Shown here in pieces: positions 25,796-31,950 of a DNA stretch of 36,286 bases. Position 1 is the first letter of the stretch. Each line of letters opens with the position of its first letter. A program made the translations under genes and the position numbers. The notes beneath the pieces were generated by a model, which worked only from the letters and a program-made list of their open reading frames with translations, was not told where the DNA came from and made no database searches. This stretch comes from a virus. The stretch lies in the IMG/VR virus record IMGVR_UViG_3300008255_000077, positions 1 through 36,286 of that record; one strand, 5' to 3'.

Positions 25796-26418
25796 TTCTT
25801 CATCCTCTCGCGCATATCTGCTTCAAGTTCGGCCAGTTCAGCCAGGAAGTCGGAGACTCCTTTTTCCATGTCGCGAATTCGAGACTCGTCGCGGTGGTAG
25901 CGGTGGCAAACGTACTGCAACTCCTCCGGTAGTCGGTCGTCAAAACTCACGAAGTCGACCCACTCCAGTTCAGCACACGCCATCTGCGCCATCATCTGCC
26001 ATTCGTATTGCGTGTCATGCTTGCCGGCACGCATCACGGCGATGTGCTGGGCGGTGTTCGGACACTTGATTTCCAGGCCGCCCCGGCCAACTTGCAGAAC
26101 GATCACGCCATCTGGAGAGGCTGCGAAGTTTTGGATCTTCGGGTGCTGGATTAGCCCGACCTCCTCAACCTCGCAGTCTTGCATTAGCTCGTATGCAAGG
26201 CGCGCTGTAGGCTCTAGCTCAGTTCCGCGCGCCATTGCTGCGCTGGTATAGCCTTCCTCCCATGTTCCGGTCAGGCGCTCACACAATAGCTGCATCATGT
26301 AGTTGGTTCGGGTGGCAGATGGTGCGCCTCCGCGACCATTCGACATCACATCCTTGACCTTGCTGGCCGTAACCTGGCCGAGCCTTGCGACTCTCCAGCT
26401 TTCAGTTAGCTGTTCCAT
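25792..26418 (-). CDS. YqaJ-like viral recombinase exonuclease
   Basis: WRVARLGQVTASKVKDVM..., GTELEP.A...Y and GLEIKCP are hallmarks of lambda-Exo/YqaJ-type nucleases. It follows recT. The start MEQLTESW has an SD (GAGG). Confidence 0.85.
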   Translation of the reverse strand: MEQLTESWRVARLGQVTASKVKDVMSNGRGGAPSATRTNYMMQLLCERLTGTWEEGYTSAAMARGTELEPTARLAYELMQDCEVEEVGLIQHPKIQNFAASPDGVIVLQVGRGGLEIKCPNTAQHIAVMRAGKHDTQYEWQMMAQMACAELEWVDFVSFDDRLPEELQYVCHRYHRDESRIRDMEKGVSDFLAELAELEADMRERMKK

Positions 26419-27322
26419 TTCCGACCTCGCCTTCAATCGGTTCTTGTTGTTCGGACAGAGTAGCCTTGCGCTGCTCTACGGCCTTCTTTAGCGCCGCGAA
26501 CGCATGAACGTCCCTAGCTGCCTGCATCTCTGCCTTGCCGGCCAGCCATACACCTTGCAGGGCCTCCAGTGATTCACTGTTCACTACCTGGGTAATCCAC
26601 TTATCCGCCAGATCACCGCCAGGCTGTGCGCCGGCCATGGTCGCCAAGCCTTCGCCGCTGTCCGTGTTCAAGTGGTGAATGGCCTTGTCCAGCCGCTCGG
26701 TCTTCGGCCAATACTTGTAGGCCCGCTTCACGACGGTCTTTTTCGCCATCTCGCCATAGTCCGTTTTCCATGGCGACGACTTGCCAGACTTGACCGACTG
26801 CGAGCGGTTCATGATGCCGTCGATATCCTCCCGACTCATGCAAGTGGTTAGGTAGTCACCGTCGGCAGTCTTGACCACCACGTAACAGCCGACCACTTCG
26901 CCGCGATCCTTGGCGAACGGGTTGTAAGTGTGTGTCGGCGGGCGGTCAAATCCGTTAAGCGCGAACGCATCAGCCGCATAAACCAGCTCGGCCTGTGCCC
27001 ATCGAATCGATCCTGTGGCCATGGCCAGATCCATCAGCCCCATATAGCTGATATCCAGGCAGATGCGGCCATCGCGCGGCACCAGATACGCCTGGCGCTT
27101 TGCCGGGTTAAGGCTGATACCAATGGCCGCGATGTTGGTAACGGCGTTGACGACCGACTGCCGGTTGCTCATGGCCATCTTGGCGGCGTAGTCGTTGCTA
27201 TGGAAAGTCTGCAAGGCAAAACCGGCCTCACGCTCGAAATTCAAAGCCGGATCGGTCAGCACGGAGGCGAACGAATTACGCGCGCCGTAGATGTCCTGCT
27301 CGATGATTGCGATGTTTGACAT
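26402..27322 (-). CDS. recT: RecT-family single-strand annealing protein
   Basis: GISLNPAKRQAYLVPRDG...DISYMGLMDLA...VVKRAYKYWPK is RecT-like. I chose the ATG at 27322 (MSNIAIIEQD). Confidence 0.9.
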   Translation of the reverse strand: MSNIAIIEQDIYGARNSFASVLTDPALNFEREAGFALQTFHSNDYAAKMAMSNRQSVVNAVTNIAAIGISLNPAKRQAYLVPRDGRICLDISYMGLMDLAMATGSIRWAQAELVYAADAFALNGFDRPPTHTYNPFAKDRGEVVGCYVVVKTADGDYLTTCMSREDIDGIMNRSQSVKSGKSSPWKTDYGEMAKKTVVKRAYKYWPKTERLDKAIHHLNTDSGEGLATMAGAQPGGDLADKWITQVVNSESLEALQGVWLAGKAEMQAARDVHAFAALKKAVEQRKATLSEQQEPIEGEVGNGTAN

Positions 27323-27331
27323 GGTCAACCC

Positions 27332-28480
27332 CTAGTAAGAAATGGAAATGCGCGGAACACTGCCGGAAGCGATCAGCTTAACGACTGCCTTGGCTTGCTC
27401 TTCGCTGATGCCAGATTTCATGATTGCCTCTTTTGCCGCCTTGAGAACTGCGCCTTTATGCGCGCGGTCTTTCTCGCGGGCGTCGGCTTCGCGCTGAATG
27501 CGGGCCTGTTCGTCAGCCTGGCGCTGTCGCTCGGCTTGCTCGGCACGCTCTACAGCTTCGGCCTGGCGCTGCTCTGCGGCTACCCGATCAAGCTCTGCCT
27601 GCTTCTCTGCTGCAATGCGGCGCTGCTCGGCCAGCTCAGCATTCAACCGCGCCTGCTCTGCTGCTGCGGCTGCGTCTCGCTTGTCCTGTTCAGCCTGGCG
27701 CTGTGCCTGGGCTGCCTGTTCGATCAACTCAGCCTCTCGCCGCTTGGCTGCCGCCTCAGCCTCTGCGGCTTCGCGGGCCACGTTCTCCCGGTAGGCCTGG
27801 GCGCGCTGCTCGGCTTCGCGGGTGGCACGCTCAGCAGCCTCTTGTGCGATGCGGTCGCGTTCGGCCTTGGCGTCGCGCTCGGCCTGCTCTGCCTGGAACT
27901 TGGCGATGGCCGCCAGCTCGGCTTCGTGCTTATCGCGGATCACCAGGGCTTCACGCAATGCGGTCAGCGCTTTGTCTTTGGTGCGCGCCGCCTCGGCTTC
28001 GAACTCTTCCCAGCTCTGGTCAATTACAATGCCTTCAATGCAGGCGATGCTGGCTTTCAGTTCGGCCCCGTCAAGGTCGCGGCACTCAAGGCGCAGCTTC
28101 ATGTAATCAATATTTGCTTGATGGCGAGCAACACGCGCCGCCTCGTCGGCCTCCCATGCGGTCAGCGGTGCACGAACTTCTGCCTGCCAGGCGTCCAGAA
28201 GATCACGCATGCGCTTGCGCTCGGCGTCGATCTTCTTTGGCACTTCCTTCAGCTCGGCTACAAGGTCTTTGCCGACATTGTCCAGAGCCGTCTTTGACCG
28301 TGCGATCTTGTAGGCGATAGACCGGATTGCGTCCTGGCCTTTCTTCGTGGCCACGTCCGGCACGAAGCAGTCAATCTCTGCGCGGATCTTTGCCAGGTAC
28401 GGGTCAAGACCTTGCTCGGCGCTGAACACCTGCAAGGCGTTTTCTTTTTGAACGGTTACGACTTCGGTTGTGCTGGTCAT
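27332..28480 (-). CDS. DUF1351-like protein with a long A/E/Q/R coiled-coil insert
   Basis: 382 aa upstream of recT, a position where DUF1351 proteins occur in other phages as I remember. About 170 aa are low-complexity (AEQAERDAKAERDRIAQEAAERATREAEQRAQ...). The SD GAGGA lies 7 nt before the ATG. Confidence 0.65.
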   Translation of the reverse strand: MTSTTEVVTVQKENALQVFSAEQGLDPYLAKIRAEIDCFVPDVATKKGQDAIRSIAYKIARSKTALDNVGKDLVAELKEVPKKIDAERKRMRDLLDAWQAEVRAPLTAWEADEAARVARHQANIDYMKLRLECRDLDGAELKASIACIEGIVIDQSWEEFEAEAARTKDKALTALREALVIRDKHEAELAAIAKFQAEQAERDAKAERDRIAQEAAERATREAEQRAQAYRENVAREAAEAEAAAKRREAELIEQAAQAQRQAEQDKRDAAAAAEQARLNAELAEQRRIAAEKQAELDRVAAEQRQAEAVERAEQAERQRQADEQARIQREADAREKDRAHKGAVLKAAKEAIMKSGISEEQAKAVVKLIASGSVPRISISY

Positions 28481-28518
28481 TCGTCGATCCTCTGTGTGGT
28501 TTGCCTTTCTCTAGGCAA

Positions 28519-28650
28519 TAAAAAACGCTTTAGGGATTCCCGGTGAGAAACCTTGCTGGCCTGGATCGACGGCGGTCAGCCAACAAGGTACGGGAATCTC
28601 TAAAGCGTTCTGCTGCCGTCGATCCATTACAATGAGTTCTCACACCCACG
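28519..28650 (-). ncRNA. candidate structured RNA of about 130 nt (small RNA or attenuator leader)
   Basis: The interval runs from the predicted start site to the U-tract of the hairpin. The ends are predicted, not measured. Confidence 0.35.
28520..28609 (-). terminator. intrinsic terminator-like compound hairpin plus U-tract
   Basis: On the minus RNA, AACGCUUUAGAGAUUCCCG (28609-28591) pairs with CGGGAAUCCCUAAAGCGUU (28542-28524): 19 bp with one A.C mismatch. An inner 11-bp stem (28589-28579 with 28560-28550) has one G.U. UUUUAUU (28523-28517) follows. Confidence 0.55.
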
Positions 28651-28655
28651 ACGCC

Positions 28656-28683
28656 ATTATGGCCGATCCAATACAGCCGTCAA
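28656..28683 (-). promoter_or_regulatory. sigma70-type promoter TTGACG-N16-CATAAT
   Basis: Read on the minus strand: -35 at 28683-28678 and -10 at 28661-28656. It shares the TTGACG -35 hexamer with the promoters at 31133 and 33717. Confidence 0.45.
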
Positions 28684-28700
28684 CCTGTGCTTTCATACAG

Positions 28701-28967
28701 TTACCGCGACCGCATCCAGAACCCAGCATCGACAGCAGCGTCCTTCCCATGCTCACCGACCAGGCTAGCCAGGAGCTGCGCCATAACCGTCTGCGCCTGT
28801 TGCCTTGTGATCGGCTGATTGCTGCGCCATGCTCGGGTGTCCTTCTCGCCATCGGGAAGCACGATCCAGATTTCGCCGTGCCAGATAACCGGCTTCTTAG
28901 GCACGCTGCGCGCGTTGTCGACGACTGGCGGGCCATCCATCCCGTTGTTCCACTGGACTAGGCTCAT
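28701..28967 (-). CDS. hypothetical protein
   Basis: 88 aa, coupled by ATGA to the upstream gene. Its composition is protein-like, unlike the two overlapping alternative ORFs. Confidence 0.6.
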   Translation of the reverse strand: MSLVQWNNGMDGPPVVDNARSVPKKPVIWHGEIWIVLPDGEKDTRAWRSNQPITRQQAQTVMAQLLASLVGEHGKDAAVDAGFWMRSR

Positions 28968-29206
28968 TTCGGCGGCTCCGGAAGCGGCTGCCAGTGGGTG
29001 ATCTTGTATCCGTACTTGTGACTTAGCTCAAAAAAACCAGAATCCTTGCCAAGATACTTCCGCGAATAGGATGAACCATGGCGACGGTGGCTTTCTCGGT
29101 GAACACTGTAAAACGTCTTATCAACATTACCGCCCTCGCAAGCTACTAGAACGTATCCGTGCTCGAAATCCGGCATCCGATCACTGCACTTGATCCACTC
29201 GCTCAT
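28964..29206 (-). CDS. DUF551-like protein
   Basis: The pattern EWIKCSDRMPD...YVLV...THWQPLPEPP is the DUF551 signature as I remember it. Confidence 0.65.
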   Translation of the reverse strand: MSEWIKCSDRMPDFEHGYVLVACEGGNVDKTFYSVHRESHRRHGSSYSRKYLGKDSGFFELSHKYGYKITHWQPLPEPPK

Positions 29207-29418
29207 TTCGCTTCCCCTTCCCGCTTCATAACCTCAATCACATTGACCATGTTGCTCTGCAAACGCCTTACCACGCGGCGAAGCATTAGGCAGCGGTCAA
29301 TGGTGCGGTGCCACAGATCAGCCTCGATGGTGTCGCACAGCTCGATCACGCCTACCCTGCACACTATCAGGTAGTAGAGCGGCTGGCGGGTGCAGTGCCA
29401 TTCGATTTTGTCTGTCAT
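29203..29418 (-). CDS. hypothetical protein
   Basis: 71 aa, with ATGA coupling at both ends. Confidence 0.55.
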   Translation of the reverse strand: MTDKIEWHCTRQPLYYLIVCRVGVIELCDTIEADLWHRTIDRCLMLRRVVRRLQSNMVNVIEVMKREGEAK

Positions 29419-29744
29419 GGCATGGCCTCCCCGATTGCAGCGGCTGCGCGGACGATGGCGCGGCGGGTGAAGGCGCTCCAGTCATCGCCTGCGTGCTTTT
29501 CTCTGGCAACGATTTCTTTCTGCCCTCGCCATGCGTGAGCGCTTGACCGCCTGAAGCTAACTTCAAGCGTCATTCGGCACACAACGGCCAGCCGCATCGC
29601 CTCACCATCGTCATCCAGCGGATTGAACTCTTCGCGGCCAACCTCCTCCTCGCACCGGTAGTAGCACCCGGAGTTGCGAACCCACTCGATTTTATACCCT
29701 GCCGCCCGCGCCGCCATCTCCAACAATTCGCGATCAGTCTTCAT
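29415..29744 (-). CDS. hypothetical protein (NinX/DUF2591-like N-terminus)
   Basis: MKTDRELLEMAARAAGYKIEW...FNPLDDDGEAMRLAV resembles that family as I remember it. Confidence 0.55.
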   Translation of the reverse strand: MKTDRELLEMAARAAGYKIEWVRNSGCYYRCEEEVGREEFNPLDDDGEAMRLAVVCRMTLEVSFRRSSAHAWRGQKEIVAREKHAGDDWSAFTRRAIVRAAAAIGEAMP

Positions 29745-29851
29745 GGCGCCACCACTTCAGCCAGGGCCGACGCAAAGATCCAGATAGACCCCAGGAAGCA
29801 CGCGCAGTAGAAGCACGTCGACAGGCGGGGCAGGGTGATTTTTATGGTCAT
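29741..29851 (-). CDS. 36-aa hydrophobic peptide (below the ORF-track cutoff)
   Basis: My own translation is MTIKITLPRLSTCFYCACFLGSIWIFASALAEVVAP. Its ATG overlaps the upstream stop (ATGA) and its stop overlaps the downstream ATG (ATGA), so it exactly fills the gap between two genes. Confidence 0.5.
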   Translation of the reverse strand: MTIKITLPRLSTCFYCACFLGSIWIFASALAEVVAP

Positions 29852-30204
29852 TGTGCGGCCTCCATGGCTGCGTCGATGGCGGAGTCTACATGCTCCGGAG
29901 TGCCGGCATGATTCCATCTGACCCCAATCTCAATGACAATCCCTAGTTCGTGGCAGTTTGTACCGTAGATCGAGAACCAATTTTCACGCAGCCACTGATA
30001 CCGCTCCGCATCCTTCCTGAACACCTCGCAGTTCTCCGCAGTCACCCCAGCCGCGACAATCTGTTGCTTCAGGTCTGCGATGTGGGCGAGCAGGGCTGCC
30101 AGCATCGGCCCCGGCAGAGTGCACGACTCAGCATAAGCCGGTGCTCCGACTTCTAGCTCAGCCAGCAGTTCGTCAGTGATGCTCATCACAGGTGATGTGG
30201 TCAT
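29848..30204 (-). CDS. hypothetical protein
   Basis: The internal start MTTSPVMSI is coupled by ATGA to the upstream stop at 30201. Confidence 0.55.
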   Translation of the reverse strand: MTTSPVMSITDELLAELEVGAPAYAESCTLPGPMLAALLAHIADLKQQIVAAGVTAENCEVFRKDAERYQWLRENWFSIYGTNCHELGIVIEIGVRWNHAGTPEHVDSAIDAAMEAAQ

Positions 30205-30479
30205 GCTTTGTACTCCAGGCACTTCAGCTTGCCGATCCGATCCAGTAGGCCATTAATGCGAAGCTGCGAATCGGCGCGCTCATCAACAACCTGTTTTTCC
30301 AGGCTCTCGATCATCGCCTCTCTCGGGTCTTTGTCGATGTCCTCATATGTGCCAATAACCGTTATCTCGCCAAGGCAGGCGCCGCAGTTGTACTTGCTCA
30401 TATCCGAAGCGTACAGCTCTCGGCTCCCGTCAGCATCGACATGCAGATACATTTTCAATTCAACCGATACAGTGGCCAT
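30201..30479 (-). CDS. hypothetical protein
   Basis: 92-aa ORF in the early-left string. Confidence 0.55.
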   Translation of the reverse strand: MATVSVELKMYLHVDADGSRELYASDMSKYNCGACLGEITVIGTYEDIDKDPREAMIESLEKQVVDERADSQLRINGLLDRIGKLKCLEYKA

Positions 30480-30483
30480 GGTT

Positions 30484-30831
30484 TCAGTCTCTCCCCTGGT
30501 TCAATTCACGGTTAAGGTCAGCCAGCAGCAATGCGTTGTACTCTGCGTCATCGTCGATTCGCTGAGCCTTGCTGCTGACAAACGGCTTACGCTGGGCTTC
30601 AATGTGGCGCTCGATTTTGGCAAGTGCCTCGCCTAGCTCTGGTGCGTGGCGCAAGCAAGAGCACATGACCTTTTGCCAATCCTCACGACCCGTCTCGATC
30701 ACCGCCAGGCACAGCGACTCAATCAGCGGGTTCATGTCCGCCGCGACGTACTCCGCGTATGCCTCAAGCGTTGGCTCGTGCCCTTCGTCCAGGGCTACGG
30801 TTACGGCGCCTTCAATCTCTGCCAGGGTCAT
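30484..30831 (-). CDS. hypothetical protein
   Basis: The internal start MTLAEIEG is coupled by ATGA to the upstream stop at 30828. Confidence 0.55.
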   Translation of the reverse strand: MTLAEIEGAVTVALDEGHEPTLEAYAEYVAADMNPLIESLCLAVIETGREDWQKVMCSCLRHAPELGEALAKIERHIEAQRKPFVSSKAQRIDDDAEYNALLLADLNRELNQGRD

Positions 30832-31061
30832 TTGGCACGCTCCGCAAGCATGGCGTCGGCGATACGATAGGCGTCCCGCGCAGCTCGCTCGATTTCGCAC
30901 TCATACCGATATGCCTCGTAGCCAGTCACGCACGCAGCAAGCGCCTTAGCCGCGAAGTAGTCACGAAGGCTCATGCCAGGCTCTGCATAGGCCACGATAT
31001 CGACGTTGTGGACGGTCACTTCGTTAGCCGGAAACGCCGGCCCGCCATTGTCTTTGCTCAT
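30828..31061 (-). CDS. hypothetical protein (first early-left gene)
   Basis: 77 aa. GGPAFP...GMSLRDYFAAKAL is a recurrent small phage-protein pattern. The SD GAGGGAG lies upstream. Confidence 0.6.
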   Translation of the reverse strand: MSKDNGGPAFPANEVTVHNVDIVAYAEPGMSLRDYFAAKALAACVTGYEAYRYECEIERAARDAYRIADAMLAERAK

Positions 31062-31104
31062 GCTGAATCACTCCCTCTATTGGTTGTTCGTTTCGTTGAG
31101 CCGA

Positions 31105-31133
31105 ACTTTAGGCTGTTCTTTATAGTGCGTCAA
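31105..31133 (-). promoter_or_regulatory. leftward early promoter TTGACG-N17-TAAAGT
   Basis: Read on the minus strand: -35 at 31133-31128 and -10 at 31110-31105, about 40 nt upstream of the first leftward gene. Confidence 0.5.
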
Positions 31134-31138
31134 GCACT
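31124..31138. promoter_or_regulatory. 15-bp palindromic operator candidate AGTGC-N5-GCACT
   Basis: A perfect 5-bp inverted repeat that overlaps the leftward -35 and touches the rightward -35. Confidence 0.45.
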
Positions 31139-31165
31139 TGCTTAATCTATTTTTAAGCTTATGAT
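31138..31165 (+). promoter_or_regulatory. rightward early promoter TTGCTT-N16-TATGAT
   Basis: Read on the plus strand. It lies back to back with the leftward promoter, about 28 nt upstream of the Cro-like ATG region. Confidence 0.5.
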
Positions 31166-31192
31166 TGGCGGAACATAAACCGGAGCGTGACT

Positions 31193-31402
31193 ATGAACAC
31201 CAAAGAGACTATCGAGTTTTTCGGCAGCCCAACGAACCTGGCAGAAGCAATCGGCATAACCATCCAGGCAGTCCACCAATGGAAGGACACCGTGCCTTTA
31301 GGCCGTCGCGACTCGGTTCGCCAGGCAATGAAGGTTCGCGCGGACAAGCTAATTCTTGAGGCGCGCGGCCTGCGGAAGGCAGCCAAGACGGGTGGAAAAT
31401 GA
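31193..31402 (+). CDS. Cro/YdaS-like HTH regulator
   Basis: 69 aa. The HTH is GSPTNLAEAIGITIQAVHQWK. GGAG lies 7 nt upstream of ATG 31193. It is the first rightward gene. Confidence 0.7.
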   Translation: MNTKETIEFFGSPTNLAEAIGITIQAVHQWKDTVPLGRRDSVRQAMKVRADKLILEARGLRKAAKTGGK

Positions 31403-31950
31403 CCACGGAAAAGCGTGAGTCATTCACCAAAAAAAAGCGGTTCGACATTTTCAAGCGCGACGGCTTCCGGTGCCAATACTGCGGATCTTCTCCGCCTGAG
31501 GTTGTGCTTGAGATAGACCACATTCACCCGATATCAAAGGGCGGAACAAACACAATCGACAACCTGCTGACCGCTTGCTTCGACTGTAACCGCGGGAAAT
31601 CAAACGGGCTGCTTGAGGTCGCGCCAGAATCAATTGCAGATAAGGCCGAAAAGCTCGCGGAAAAGCGCGAGCAACTGAAGGCGTATGAGAGGCTGCAAAA
31701 GTCAATCCGAAAAGAACAGGATAAGCAGATAGACGAGCTGCAAGAGATTATGCGCAGCCACCACCCCGGAAAGGTTTTTAGCGATAAATTCAAGCTAGAC
31801 ATTCGCCGTCAGTTTATGCCGAGGCTGGCATTTTTCCATATACGGGAAGCCATGGAGCAGGCAATGGTCAGGGCGAGGCAAGGCGGGTGCGAGGGCGCAG
31901 TAAAGTACTTTTGCGGCATATGCTGGAAGGTCATCAGGGGGTCTGAATGA
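31399..31950 (+). CDS. HNH endonuclease with helical C-terminal extension
   Basis: CQYCG...EIDHIHPISKGGTNTIDNLLTACFDCNRGK is a canonical HNH core. It has ATGA coupling on both sides. Confidence 0.85.
   Translation: MTTEKRESFTKKKRFDIFKRDGFRCQYCGSSPPEVVLEIDHIHPISKGGTNTIDNLLTACFDCNRGKSNGLLEVAPESIADKAEKLAEKREQLKAYERLQKSIRKEQDKQIDELQEIMRSHHPGKVFSDKFKLDIRRQFMPRLAFFHIREAMEQAMVRARQGGCEGAVKYFCGICWKVIRGSE

Noticed and set aside
27395-28320. Several long ORFs in both orientations (300, 205, 98 and 94 aa) across the coiled-coil region.
   Set aside because: The GC-rich GCN/GAR/CGN-type repeats that encode the A/E/Q/R helix keep all frames open. The alternative products are Cys/Leu/Arg/Ser-rich and do not look like real proteins.
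28591-28609. CGCTTTA within the hairpin arm resembles a boxA (CGCTCTTTA) nut element.
   Set aside because: The match is partial. The sequence is buried in a long stem rather than single-stranded, and there is no adjacent boxB-type small hairpin or N homologue. It is too weak to claim.
28511-28627. 38-codon minus-strand ORF (MDRRQQNALEIPVPCWLTAVDPGQQGFSPGIPKAFFIA) spanning the big hairpin.
   Set aside because: It has no convincing SD, and it runs through a near-perfect palindrome and the U-tract. An open frame of this length is easily obtained by chance. I kept the RNA-structure interpretation instead.
28632-28961. Two alternative ORFs (109 aa on the plus strand, and 98 aa on the minus strand at 28640-28936) overlapping the 28701-28967 gene.
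   Set aside because: The 28701-28967 frame is coupled by ATGA to the upstream gene and has balanced composition. The alternatives are Arg/Ser-rich or antisense.
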